Source: Camelus ferus | Lineage: Eukaryota | Direction of reading: 5' to 3' | DNA length: 64,000 nucleotides | Assembly: GCF_009834535.1 (NCBI RefSeq) | Contig: NC_045706.1 | Span: forward strand, 28,894,001 to 28,958,000 | Shown here: piece by piece, positions 24,600-38,023 of the stretch | Layout of the letters: the number at the start of each line of letters is the position of its first letter | Position numbering within the stretch: position 1 is the first letter of the stretch | Made by a program: the position numbers and the translations under genes | The notes under the pieces: generated by a model | Told to the model about the DNA's origin: nothing | The model's database searches: none | Seen by the model: the letters and a program-made list of their open reading frames with translations, nothing else

Positions 24600-26255
24600 G
24601 CCACTTTCACATGGCAGGGGAAACCCTGTATATGACACCACAGTCCACCCAGTTATTCAACCCAGAAATCAAGCAATCATTCTTGATTCTTTTCTTACTC
24701 CCCACATTAATCCATAAGCAAGTCCTGTCAATTCCATCTCCAAAAAACATCTTGAGTTCTTCTCTCTATCCCCACTGTCAGCATCTTAGTCCACTGTCAC
24801 CTCTAACTTGGATTAAAACAAGTCTTCCTAACTAGGCATTCATGCTTCCCTCTTGCCCACCACCTTTCTCTGAATCCTCTCTCTACAGGATCTTCTTAAT
24901 ATAAAATAGATCACAGTGTTTTCTGCTTAACACTCCTTAGAGGCTTCCCAAAGCACTTAAGAAGTAAAATGTAATCTCTTGGCCTGCAAAGCCTGCAAGG
25001 AACAGTGATATCTGGTCCTGGATCTCTCTCTTCAGCTTCATCTTATGCCACTTTCCCCATCTGTAAATATACTCCAGCAAGCTACCATACAGATAGTCTC
25101 TCAGTTCCTCAAAAATTCCTTTCCTTTCTTTCCATCTCAGGCCTTGGCACCTGCTACTCCTGGCTTGGGATGTTCCTTCTCCCATTCTTCAAGTGACTAG
25201 ATTCTTCTTATCTTTTAGGTCAGAGTTCAAATGTCAGCATCTCAGAAAGGTTTTCCTCTATAAACCATCCCTTCCTCAAACAAAAAAACTGTTCTCTAAA
25301 GGGAACCCTCCTACATTGCTGGTGGGAATGCAGTTTGGTGCAGCCGCTGTGGAACAGTATGGAGATCCCTCAAAAGACTAGGAATAGACTTACCATATGA
25401 CCCAAGAATCCCGCTCCTGGGCTTATATCCAGAAGGAACCCTACTTCAGGATGACACCTGCACCCCAATGTTCATAGCAGCACTATTTATAATAGCCAAG
25501 ACATGGAAATAGCCTAAATGTCCATCAACAGATGACTGGATAAAGAAGATGTGGTATATACTATTCAGCCATAAAAATCGACAACATAACGCCATTTGCA
25601 GCAACATGGATGTCCCTGGAGAATGTCATTCTAAGTGAAGTAAGCCAGAAAGAGAAAGAAAAATACCATATGAGATCGCTCATATGTGGAATCTAAAAAA
25701 AAAAAAAAGAGAGAGAGAACATAAATACAAAACAGAAACAGACTCATAGACAGAATACAAACTTGCGGTTGCCAAGGTGGGGGTGGGTGGGAAGGGACAG
25801 AATGGGAGTTCAAAATTTGTAGATACCGACAGGCATATGTAGAATACATAAACAAGATTATACGGTATAGCAAAGGGAAATATATACAAGATCTTGTGGT
25901 GGCTCACAGCGAAAAAAAAAAAGTGATAATGAATATATGTATGTTCATGTATAACTGAAAAATTGTGCTCTACACTGGAATTTGACACATTGTAAAATGA
26001 CTATTTTTCAATAAAGTTTAAAAATAATATAAATAAATAGATGAATCAAAAAAAAACTTCTCTATTTTAGCCTCTTGTATTTCTTTTTTTGTAACAGTTT
26101 TCTTCCTCTGGCAATATTTTATTTATTTGTCAATTGATATTCTATCTGTTGATATTCTATCTGTCTCTACCACTGGAATAAAAGCTACATAAGCATACGG
26201 ACTATACCTGTCACACTCTTTGCTATACCACCACCATTGGCACAGAGCTGGGCTT
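24600..26255 (+). mobile_element. L2 LINE, interrupted by a young L1
   Basis: Pyrimidine-rich L2 3' motifs on both sides of the 25299-26049 insertion. Confidence 0.7.
25299..26049 (+). mobile_element. Young 5'-truncated LINE-1
   Basis: Highly similar to 987-1710. TSD aaaaaaactgttctcta (25282-25298) / aaaaaaacttctcta (26050-26064) with a 2-nt indel. Carries a 14-bp internal deletion and a premature stop. Confidence 0.92.
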
Positions 26256-26259
26256 GAAG

Positions 26260-27795
26260 CTAGCACCAAATGTGTGCCAGTCTTTGTTCTAAGCACTGGG
26301 AATACAGCAGTGAACAAGACAAAATCCTTCCCCTCATGGAGCTGACACTCTACTGGTTTATTTAGATAATAAGGTAAGAAAGTTACATAATATATTCAAA
26401 CTTGAAAAGTGCTATGGAGAAAAATAAAGCAGGGAAGGATATGATGGGAATGATGGGAGTAGAAAGCAATATGATGGGAACAGAAAGCAACAGGGGGAGA
26501 GCAGCCGGAGATGAGGTCAGAGAAGGAATGAGGAGAGCTACTGGAGCATTCTGGGTAGAGAGGGAAGTCACATGAGCTGAACTGTTTTTTAAAGAGATCA
26601 CTCTGGCTGCTATGTTAAGAACACAGTATGAGAGGGAGGTAAAAGTGGAAGCAAGGAGCCCAAGTTGGAGACTATTACACAGCAATAACCCAGGTAAGAG
26701 GTGACGGGGTCCTGGCAGAGACAGTGGCGCACGGCAAGACTCTGGATTTATTTTGAAGATAGAGCCTATAGGATTTGCTGACAGACTAAATTTGGTCTAT
26801 GAGTGAAAGAAACATATCAAGGGTAACTCTAAGTCTGACCTCACCAAGTGGAAGAAATGAATTGCTATTTGCTAAGACAGAAAAGATGGTGTAGGAGTAG
26901 TAGGTTTAGAAAGTATACCAAGAGTTCAGTTATGGCCATCCAGAATTTGAGATATCTAGTTGACATCCAAGTGGAAATGTGGAATATGTAACTGAATATA
27001 GAATACAGAGGTCTAGGTGTAAGATACAATTGGGGGAGTTATTAGTGTGTGTGTATATGTGTGTGAATGTATTTTTGTATACAGAACTGAATAAAATCAC
27101 CAAGGGGTAAGTAAACAAAGAGAGAAGTCCAAGGCCTGAGCTATTTGATACTACAACATTTAGAGAAAAAAGATGAGAAGGAAAGAGCTGGTGTGACTGA
27201 AAGGAATAAGCAGTGAGGCTGAAGGGAGATCAGGAGAGTGGTGTCCTCAAAGCAAAGCGAAGAAAGTGGTTCCAGAACCAGAAAGATCAACTCTGTCAAG
27301 TAAGATGAGGACTGAGAATTGGCCACTGGACTTAACGTCAAGAGCGCTTGTCACACTGATTAGAACAGTTTCAGTGGATTTATAGAGAAAGGCTCACTAG
27401 CATGAATTTAAAGAGAAAATGGGAAGAAAAGCAGAGATACAGTACAGACAATTCTTTCAATGAGTTTTACTAAAAACAACCAAGAGATAGAGGAGTTGAA
27501 GTGGAATAGTTTTTTTGTTTTGTTTTTAAAGGTAAGAGAAATTACAGTATGACTGCATGCTTATAAGAATGATCCAGTAAAAATGTTAAACTTAATGATG
27601 GAGAGAAAGAAATGCAGTAGCAAAGTCCTTCAGCAGATGAGAGGAGATGCAATCTAGCGAACAAATGGAAGAGTTGAACTGAGAAAATAACAAAGACAAT
27701 TCATCTACAGTTACCAGAGAGGAAGAAAAAGACGTCGGCAGGTGGGAAGATGTCATTGTGAAAGGATATAGAGAGAAATGCCTCATTAAGTGGAC
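26260..27795 (-). mobile_element. L2 LINE
   Basis: tgtgccag..gttctaagcactgggaatacagcagtgaacaagaca..ccctcatggagct is the antisense L2 3' end, followed by a long purine-rich body. Confidence 0.85.
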
Positions 27796-27797
27796 GA

Positions 27798-28023
27798 CAG
27801 GGGTTGGCAAACTACAGTCAACAGTCTGTGGGCCAATTCTGGCCTGCTGCCTGTTTTTATAAATTGTTTCATTGGAACACAGCCACGTACATTCATTTAC
27901 ATATTATCTATGGCTGCTTTGGTGTTATAACAGCACCTGATAGCTGCAACAGAAACTATATGGCCCACAAAGCCTAAAATATATACTACCTGTCCACTTA
28001 ACAGCAAAAATTTGCCAACCCTG
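27798..28023 (+). mobile_element. MER58A-like hAT-Charlie MITE
   Basis: Terminal inverted repeats CAGGGGTTGGCAAA ... TTTGCCAACCCTG, 226 bp. Confidence 0.85.
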
Positions 28024-29349
28024 GTATATCGGAATACTCCAACTGTTAACTCTGAGTTGAGGACCAGATAACTGGCTATGAAGAAAGAAGATAAGCGAAG
28101 ACTTATGAAACAATAGCATTTAATGAGAGAATGATACATTAACTTTTCCATCATTCCTAATATCTGGAGTTCAAAACAAATATTCTACGAGTAATCAAAC
28201 ATTAACTTCACTCCTTATCTCTTTTAAAATGTTTTTTTTAAAACTATTGCTACACTAGTTTTAAATTGGCTTTATCTCTAGGCAGGGGTTATGGTTTTGC
28301 TACTGTACTAAGGGATCTCTCAGAAAGGGGGAGGTAAGAATAAACTAATTACATATAAAACACAGAACAGCACTGCAGGTTAATTACTTTTTTTTTAATT
28401 TCAAGGCAGATGGGTGGATATTAGCAGCAAGATCTTTTCCACAAATAAATTTACACTACTTGATTATACTTATTTTATATCTTCACATCACAAAAATGGC
28501 ATCACACTGAAAGAAATATAAACATTTCACTCAAAGAAATCTCTACCTCAGTAGAAAGAAGTGAAATTTCTGCCTGGCTTTCCAAATGCCTCTTACACAG
28601 ATTTACCTAAAACAGCCAACCTTACTTCCCATTCTCTCTCACTCCCCCAAAATATAAATTGTTACAATCAAACCAATCTCCTCCCCATCTTGGATTAGTC
28701 CTTGATCATTTTGAGCTCCATCCTTTCTTAAATTATTCTTTATGCCTATCAAAACCCAATTCATAAATCAAAATCTATCTGAAGTTATACCTCCTTCAAG
28801 AAACCTAGTTCCTAGACTGGGCCAACCCTCACTAATTTCCTTCCTATCAGAATTCAGACTTAAAATCCATACTATACAATTGTGCATTCATTTGTCTATT
28901 TTAGCTGTTTGTGTTGTGTTTCATGTACATGAATCTGGATTCCTTAACTAAACTTTAAGCACTCTGAAGACAAAGAACTCCTCCTATTCTTACATATTAC
29001 TAAAATGTTAAGTACAGCACTGATTATCCTCAGCACACGCTTGTTGATCTGTATAACCTAAGTATATAAAAATGTGCTGTATTAGAGAAAGTCTACCATC
29101 CATTCAGCCTAGTATGTCTAATCCATGACTATACAGGCAGTTGCACAATACTTATGTATACTATTATGTACTCAATAAATATGTATAGGTTGAATGAAGG
29201 AAAGAAGAAATACATGTATAACGAATGAATGCATAAATGAATGAATAAGGGGTATCATTTACAAGGTAGAGGAAAAGGGCAAATTGTGGATGAATGTGAA
29301 TGACCAGCCTGAAGCTACAGATCTTAAATTCATAAGGGCCACATATTCA

Positions 29350-29810
29350 TCAGAATGTTTTCTGTTGCAATCCAATTCAAACTAATTTATACATGGAATT
29401 TTGACCCAAAGGACTGGAAGGACACAAGAGTAGCAGACAGAATCAAAGGAAAACCGTATTTACCTCATACCATGGTTCCTGGGACTGAAAGCAGCACTCT
29501 ATCTCCATCTATCTCCCATCTCTATATGGCTTCACTTTCACCTCCTGCAGATGGGGGTCCCATACACGTGGGAAAAGAAGGTCACTAGCATCTTCCCATA
29601 TTAACAATGTTAGAGAAAAGGGAGCATCTTTCTCCTAACATTCAAACATAAATTTCAAAGAAGGATTCTGATTGGCTCTGCTTGAGTAACAGGCAATCAT
29701 TGTTGCAGCAGGGATGACTAGGCTTGGGTTGTAAGACTAATAAGATAAGCCACCAATCACTCATAAGAAGGGAGGGATGATTCCCCAAACAGATACTGAG
29801 TAGACAAAAA
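29350..29810 (-). mobile_element. Old MaLR (MLT1J/K-like) LTR
   Basis: ttctgttgcaa...ctgattggctctgcttgagt..caatcattg..gatgattccccaaa. Confidence 0.55.
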
Positions 29811-31306
29811 CAATACACATACATATATATGCCTGCTACCAGCCACAGCCTCCAACAACCCAGTTTTAATTAGGCATCGGTGCTAATTTCACCATATTTT
29901 AGAATTATTTGACTTTCTATAAAGCCAATGTTTGTTTTTAGCTATTACCACTTCTTCAAATGAGACCTATGTGAAACCCACTTAACTTTCCTAAGCTTCA
30001 AGTCATACACCTGCATTCCAATATTCTGATATTATTCCATACAGTCATACCAATCAGGATTTTAAAATTTTAGTCAGATTTGACTCACAATTTTTAAGCT
30101 AGAATAACCCAAATCATTTTGGTCAGTCACCATGTAACAGCCTTCTGTTTACTTCATTACACTTGAAGCTTTCATTCTTCACCATATTACTTTTTTTTGA
30201 GTAGTTTGGCTCAAACAGAATAAAGAAAACTCTAGCACTCAGCATTTACTTTCTCTATTCATGAGCAACACAGTACCCATGTGAATCTCCTATGATAAGA
30301 GATCAATGTTATACAGGAAGAAATGATACAGGTAAATGAAAATAAATGATAATCTGGTATTTCAAACTCAATTTTGTTGCTCTCTACTTATCGTAGTTGT
30401 TAGACATTAACTTTGAATAAAATTTTAAAATGTGTGCCTTTGTGAAAAATGGCCTGACAAGAAATCCATCTGTCAGTAAAGTCACAGAAGAACAAGGTTG
30501 TGATTACTAACATAATTTAAGTTGGTATAGTTCATGTCAGTTATTATAGTAGTTACGTACATATCTTTTTCCTAATTTAGGGTTATATTCCTGGGCGTAT
30601 ATTTGGGGAGAGGAAATACACAATACTGTGATATCCCAAAACCTATCCAACACAACTAGCAAGAGGTACTTGTGTTTCAAGGGTAGATAAGCCATGTTTT
30701 TGACCAGGGTACAACATTTTCCACTGAAAGCAAAACTTTCCTTATAATACCACGGATTTGTTGGCAGGTATTTTTCCTTCTTTTTGTTCACACCAAGATA
30801 TTCAGATGACTATTTCCAGGAAATCAGTCATAACTCTATGGTGATTCCTAAGTCCCTTTTCTGACTCAGAAGTAGGTACCATTAATCACAATACAAATAT
30901 ACATTAGGTAATTTTTCTTTAAGTGCATTACTTTGTGCTTACTACAGCAAAACAGAAATACTCTTCTGGTATTTATATAGCTTCAAAGCATCTTCCTACC
31001 ATATTTATCTCCATCATTTATTACCCAGAAGCCCTTAGTGCCATCTTTATATTTAGAAGGATGATACAGTTAAAATCATCTTTAGATCTCTAATGAAATA
31101 TTAAAACACAAACAATGAAACAAAAACTACTTTTTTTGCTTATTTAAAATGAAAACCGATGTGTATTTTATTTTCTTAGGCCAAAAATAAAACTATAACT
31201 TTGGAAAACTCATGTATACACAGCTATTTTACTTCGTCCAGTATTAAAACACATTAACTCACTACTTAATATACTATATACTATAGTACTTCAATCTTTA
31301 CCATAC

Positions 31307-31392
31307 CTCTTTCTTCAAGGAACAAAAGGCACACAATTTAATGCTTGGACAAAGCCAGAATCAGGAACAGTGATCAAAAGAAGAGATGATAT
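31307..31392 (-). other. ZNF518A: Predicted 86-nt 5' UTR exon
   Basis: Acceptor cttggtcttcatttccag|ATATC and donor GAG|gtatgg, in unique sequence about 2 kb downstream of the CpG island. Confidence 0.5.
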
Positions 31393-31823
31393 CTGGAAAT
31401 GAAGACCAAGATTTTAAAACTTTGACTGCAAAAACTGTCAGTAAAATGACTTTAAACTTTTGACTCAATTATGCTTCACAGTCAATTTATGTGTATAAAT
31501 TTAGAAGGAAAAAAAAACACCTCTCTACACTTAGACAAATAGCCTATCATTGATATCCAGTGATAACATGTCATAAATTTACAAAGGTCACAAAACTCAA
31601 AGCTTAGAAGAGAACTTAGAATCAATCTAATTCAGTATCTTCTTTTATTACAAGATAGGGAAAGCGAGTCTTGTCCAAAGTCACAAAGCTAGAACTAGAA
31701 TCTGGATCTGATTCCACTCCAGATACCCTACCACGACAATGCTGCTCACTTCAGACATCTAACACCCCATGAAAACTGCTCACCATGTGAAGTCAATACC
31801 CCAAAGAGAATTGAAATACTCAC

Positions 31824-31917
31824 AGCCTATACAGCTGGGATAAAATATAAGAAAAATTTCAACTCTCTTTTCTTCTGCTTACAGTGCTTTGTCAAAAAAA
31901 AAATTTTAGCAGAGTAA
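31824..31917 (-). other. ZNF518A: Candidate 5' UTR exon (acceptor ambiguous)
   Basis: Donor GCT|gtgagt at 31823-31818 and acceptor cctagtttccttcag|. Alternative internal sites exist. Confidence 0.35.
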
Positions 31918-32453
31918 CTGAAGGAAACTAGGCAAGATTCAAGTTATTTTTAAAAAAAAAGAAGTTGTATTAGGTGAAATACGCCACACAATGCTTCAAT
32001 AAGAACAATTACACACAGAAAAATAGACAATAAAAGTACATTAAAAGGGCACGTTTAAAGTAAAAGTGCAGACTTATGCTAAAACGTATCCCTTCCGGAA
32101 TGTTCCAACATATAAAACCTTTGGGAACACAGTACACTATACCATTACTAGAGAGGAGAGGATGTTAAGTGCGATGATTAAAATCTCAAGTATTTAAAAG
32201 TTTGTACACTATCACTGCACATAGTAGGCATTCCTTGTGGTTGCTGTCCTTTTATCCTTCCAAAAATAACAGGCATAAAACGTTTTTGATATTTATACTT
32301 ACTTTCGCAGCAAAAATAAAGAAAAATTTGGATGTGCAAGACAGGTTGTTAGATACGTACATTTTACCCCTCTTCACCATTTTGTTCATTTTCTAGACCT
32401 GGGACTCATTTATGAAAATTTTAACAAAAATCAACATGGTCTACTATGCTTAC

Positions 32454-32575
32454 CATACTCATGAAATGCTAACACCCTGAAAATGTTAATATACTGCAAT
32501 GTTTTTACGAATTACAGAAAATTACAGTTTTGCTTAAAGAAAGTGAACCCATTTCTATTGATTTGCAGTTAAACT
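32454..32575 (-). other. ZNF518A: Candidate 5' UTR exon (two possible acceptors)
   Basis: Donor ATG|gtaagc. Acceptors acattttcag would start the exon at 32575 or at 32476. Confidence 0.3.
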
Positions 32576-33189
32576 CTGAAAATGTTAGGGTATCTCACTG
32601 AATCAGTTGAAATGGTTTCTATCTGTTCGACTTGAGGACAATAACTTTATAGAGTACACTCAAATCAGACCCCTTCTTGCATTAAAAAAAAAAAAAAATC
32701 AACGTCACTGAACGAGGCCTAACACACAGATGCTCAAAGTCAATGAAATTCCTACCCAGATATAGTTTGGTCTTGTTTCATCATTGTGACAACCACACAA
32801 AGTTCAACATTATTATGAACTCTTTAAACACTGACTTATTTTTCGAGGGTTTTTTGAAGTTTTGATATCCAAACATAACCAATGCTTGTTTTCGCTAAAA
32901 TAGCTCTCAAGCACTAAATGCTCCCAAATTTAAAACCAAAACAAAACTGAACCTTAACTTTTGCATTCTGAACCTTAAAGCTACCATAGCTGTTTCTTCG
33001 GTTTACTTAAGACATACATTTTACCATACATTCATTCACCCTATATATTTCAATTATCACTACCATCTAGGAAGAGACTGTCTACTTGACAATGAGGCCA
33101 TCATGTTAAGAACAGCCTCAAAATGTACCCTACAAGTGAGAAAGCCAGTTACAAAGAAATCCATCTGCCACTGGGTGTGGTTGGGGTCT

Positions 33190-34125
33190 GCACGGAAGAG
33201 CGCCCTTGGCCAATTCTGGAGAAAGGAGCGCGCGCCAGAAAGTTGAGCATTTATCTGCAAAAAAAAAAGACCTCCAAAGACCACAGACTGGACCCAAAAC
33301 GGGGACGCCGTCGAGTCGGGCTGCCGTGGGCCTGCGAACCTACAGCTCGAGGGGTGCGGTCTGAGGGATGCCCATGCAGTCTCCACCAGCCCCGGTACGC
33401 GCCGAGTGGGTGGCTTCTAGCGCCGCGCGCCCCGCTCGGTCCCAAACACCGCGCCCGATCCGCCCCTTCCTCCGGGGCTCGGCTGCCCCTCGGGCGCGCG
33501 GAGGCACACAGCGCCGCGCTCCCGCTCCAGCTCCTGGGCTGTGGGAGAGTGCGGGGCTCAAAACGCCCCGACGTATAGCAAGCCCAAGCTAACAAGCGGA
33601 AGTTAGCTCTAGCAGCTTGCAAGAGCGCCGAGTAAAAGGACCGACTTCTCGAAAAAAAACTTTGCGACAAGTTAGGCGGAAGCGCTGAATGGCCGGGACT
33701 ATTTAACAGACGCTTCCTACCACAAGAGGCGGAGCCCTGAGGCGGTTCGGAGGACCCTGCAGCCCCCACAAGCTCGCCTTTTGCCCACTAGCTGGCTCTC
33801 TAAAAGTCCCGGCATCCTAACAGGTCTAGGCGGTCCCGCTCACGGAGAATACCTGTCGTGGTCCCCATTGCCTGCGAGTCCCTGATGGCGGCCATTATGC
33901 TTCCATCCGGGTATTGCCGAAAAGCCGATCGCAGCGCTACCGGGAGCGCTCGCTGCGGCGGAGGGATCCTCGCTGCACCTGAGGCAAGCGGAAGAGGACG
34001 GAGGCCGACAGGGTCCGCGCCTCAGCCTGATGAGACTAGGCCACTGAGCTGGGCTCGGCGCTGACCTCTCAAAGTAGCGCGCTGCCCCGTTGCGGGCCAC
34101 GGCAGTGGCTCGCTCTCCCCCTTGG
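33190..34125 (-). promoter_or_regulatory. ZNF518A: CpG island / ZNF518A promoter and first exon(s)
   Basis: GC- and CpG-dense island in AT-rich flanks. Contains a YY1-type GATGGCGGCCATT (33884-33896), GCGGAAG ETS-like sites and several minus-strand donors (e.g. CTG|gtgagc ending 34131, TCC|gtgagc ending 33844). The exact TSS cannot be determined. Confidence 0.85.
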
Positions 34126-37100
34126 CTCACCAGCAGCTGGAGAGAGCCTACTGCCAATGGAATGGGAGACACACCTCCACTCTGTGCTCTCCAGAGTAGA
34201 CACCAGAAGCAGGAACTGTGCTCTTGGCAAACCCTTGCTGACTGGGAATGGTCTCAACCCTGAGATTTTAATCATTTCCGGCTTTGCAAATGGCGTCTCC
34301 CCACCCCCTTGCTTTTGACACGCACGTTTTGGCAACCATTGCAGCCCAGGTCAATGAAGGAAACTGCCACAGGCATCTCTGGAAGATACTGAACTCCAAA
34401 CATGTACATATTTTAATAACTGATCTGAAAACCATCGTTCCAACAAGGGAGGCTCTCATCCCTAACAAAGGAATCCTCCACATCACACACAGGGCTGGAC
34501 AAAGAGGTCAATATAATTAAGTTTCTCCCAAAGGCCAGTATGGCTCGTCTTCTAGCCTTTAAAGCATTTCTGAAATTAACCCTCTTAATTGACCTCACTT
34601 TTGTATATAAATTACCTTTCTGGAGTTGGGGGGAGCGGGGGTTGTCAAGGCCGAAACGGGGGGTGGGGGTTGGGGGAACGACCCGACTCGGGCGGAGGGA
34701 TATACCAAAATATTAAGTGGGACTATGATCGAGTTTTTATCTTCAATTTTTTTATGTTCCATATGTTCTTAGAAAGTATATATACCATTTGTGATTAAAA
34801 AAAAAAACTTTGTTTATCGTAAACATTTTTCAGTGTCTTAGAGTATGCTTTTGAAAATGTCCACATATAACCATACACAAGATTTTCTCCCTCTAATAAA
34901 AAGTACGCAAAGGAAACCTCACTTTACCTTTAAGGAATTTTCTTATCACTGTCTACTGATTTACACGATTTCCTCCTGGAAAAAGCAAATGAGTGGTCGG
35001 CAGTCCACATTAGATGTTCTCATGTATCTTGTACTTGTACGCCTGTATAAAACACACAAAGAGGAATCTTCAACAAATACCGAAAAGAATGCCAGTACGG
35101 AATGAGGAACATGTTTACAAAATGGATTTAATATTGCATTAAACATCATCCTCTTCTCTCCAGTCTTGGTTTCCATGTCAGACATGAGCACACATCACAG
35201 AGGAAAAAGAGAGGATAGATAATTTTTTTAAAAAATAGCAAAAACAGACGACGATATTTGGAACCGTGAATGGAGTTGCTTATTTTGTGTTTTGATGTAG
35301 TTTTGGGGTTTTGTTTTTCAGATTAAGAAGTTGCACCCCCCTCCTCTGCAGTACACACGTTACAACTTTATTCTTGTACTGCATTTCACCTAGAAAATCT
35401 TGCAATGTTGTATATATGTTATGAAAAAATTAGTGTGTTTACATCGGACCCGTCTTGTTTCTTTTCTTTTTAATTCCTCCATGTGTATCACCTAGCCTCC
35501 GTCCATCTCTCTTGCCCTCCTTTTAGAATGTTAAGTTTAGCACATAAAAGGGAATGAAACAGAAAAGAAGGAAAGACAATAGTTAAAAGAGAAAATACAA
35601 AGGAGAGAATATTGAAACATAGCTTAAGAAATGATTCTGGAATATTTTGTACCTCACAAATATAGTTAATATAAAATGGAAATTACATTTCACTCTAGAG
35701 ATTCACACATTTGGATCATAGATAACACCATACCAATAATAAAGTTATAACAAGCTTACATATGCATTTACAAAAATGTAAGCACACTTTTAGTCATAGG
35801 TAGTTTGGTATATCATAAGCATTACATAAATGATAATCATAATTCAAGAATTAAGTGAGAACAATTCTTTTAAAAATAACTTCCTTCTTTTTGCTAATCT
35901 CTCAAATCCAGACTCCCTATCCCCAAAACTATCATCAAGTGTAACCAGAATTGGGAAAATAGAGATACCAAGAGCGCGGGTGATCTAGCTGAAAATAGTC
36001 ACACTTCTTGGTTAAGAAATTATAGGTTAACTGACTACACTTCATTATAAAAAAGAACACACATGAAAAAGAAACAACAAAAAAATATAAGTTGATGACT
36101 CTCTTCAGTCTATCAAACAAGCATTAGTTAAATATGAGCTTCAAGTATTATCCTTTCCAATGTCCTCTGCAATGTTTGTCATTTAATATTTATTCAGCAG
36201 ACATCTTTTTGGACACTTATTATGTATGAGAAACTGTGCAAATGGTAAGACATGATCCCTCATGGAGTCATCAGTTCGATGGGAGATTCTTGAATATCTA
36301 AAAGATTTCATGATTCATCAGAACAATTACAAGGGTGGGATTTCAGACACAATGACAGGTGATGAAATATTTTTTTAGGGTAGGCATCCCTGCAGTTTCC
36401 TCTCAACCTACACTTCCTAGATGATGGAGAATTTGGACATGTTGCCCTTTTTATTACTTTTTGATTAAAGATATAGTCCCTCTTTCTTAATTCTTTCAGT
36501 GGATAGTATATTCAACTGTGAAGAATGTTACCTATGTAAACTATATTGGCCTTACCTAAATGTTTTAGGGTACCTCTCCCTGTCCCCAGTTATATCTAAT
36601 TCTTTCTAAGAATTTCTGTATCCTGAGGATATGCGAACACACAGCATAGAAAACTCAGGGCCTTAGACAAAATAAAAAGACGGAATTGAATTGAGTGCTT
36701 GTTAACTATACTTATTTTAAGAACAAACATGGTACATATATATGTTATATATACTCCTTTGTATACTTTTGCGTATGTATAGTACATTTTATTAAAATTT
36801 TTAAATAATTAAGGTATAGGGTTTTCCCTTTCTTTCTTTCTTTTTTTTTTTTTTGTTGGTGGAGATTAAATACTACCTAAATTAATTTGATATTTTGTGG
36901 AAAATTTTTTTTAAAAAGAGCAAACCTAATTTCTGTGAGACCAGTGGCACTGCACCATGTTAATATCACTGAATCACACATAAGAACTTGTAAGGGTAGA
37001 TTATTATGGCTCATTTATCTAGAGTTCCCAAGTTACAGCCACCTGCAAATTTCTGTAACTCCTCCTCAAAAAAAGAGAAAAAACCAAACCCAAATCCAGA

Positions 37101-37781
37101 TGATTGTTTAGTTGTTTTAAATAAGCATATGCCTTAATACTGCCATATAATGCCTCAGAGGTCTTGAAGTTGTGTTAATGTTGGTGCTCATGTTTTGTTT
37201 TGTTTTGTTTTGTTAACATCATTTGTTGGGGAAGTGGGGTGTGTGTGAAGACAGGTCCTTAAAGCATATCCTGGAATGTCAGATGGAATAAATGAGAAAT
37301 AATTATGAAATTAAAAAGAACCAATAACACTTCATTTAGTTTTTACATGCCTTGTTCCTGCTGGCATTAGAAAACTTCAAGGTGGTGAGGCAACCCTGGA
37401 GAGCTATGATAGAAAAGGATTTAAGAATATAATTCAACAATAGGAAGAGCATAATTTGTTCAAGAGGAAAGAATTAAATGCAAAGGCGGAGGAAAAGCTC
37501 TATTTTAAAACTTTATAGGTATATATGGAAAGATATCACTTGGAAGCTGAAAACACAGAGGAAAGCATGTGGATGAATATAAAGGTACACAGAAACACAG
37601 CTAGAATTGCTATCAGAATAGATTCAGAAAGCCTTAGACAGATGGAGGAGATAAATATAGTATCATAATATAAATTACAACAGTGGCCCAGAGTTCAATA
37701 ATCATTTTGGAATGCCTGCTAAGTGCCAGAGGGTACAGAGACCTGCCCTTACTTTCAGACACAAGGTTTATCAGTGTTGAA

Positions 37782-38023
37782 TAGAGGGACCATACAACTC
37801 AGTTTGCCCTGGAAAGCACTGATTTATACCTGCTCTCCCTAGCTCTCACTCTCAGTCAAAAGTGTCCTAGATTGTTCTAAAATTATATGGTCACTATGAG
37901 TGTGTATATGTCCATGAATGACTGAAAAATTGTGCTGAACACTGGAATTTGACACAACATTGTAAAATGATTATAAATCAATAAAAAAATGTTTAAAAAA
38001 AAGAAAAATTATATGGTCACTAG
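37782..38023. mobile_element. MER96B-like hAT-Tip100 element carrying an L1 insertion
   Basis: Termini tagagggaccata ... tatatggtcactag and internal caaaagtgtcctag. Confidence 0.65.
37897..38004 (+). mobile_element. 108-bp L1 3' tail with perfect 18-bp TSD
   Basis: TSD AAAATTATATGGTCACTA at 37879-37896 and 38005-38022. The body matches the end of the L1 at 1620-1705. Confidence 0.92.

Noticed and set aside
26134..26163. 15-bp tandem duplication TTGATATTCTATCTG
   Set aside because: An ordinary slippage duplication inside an intronic L2 with no functional context.
33719..33734. CTCF-like CCACAAGAGGCGG
   Set aside because: Spacing deviates from the core consensus; more likely a GC box.
33060..34520. 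Overlapping 60-172 aa ORFs on both strands in the first CpG island
   Set aside because: R/A/P/G-rich with no domains; expected from stop-poor GC-rich DNA.
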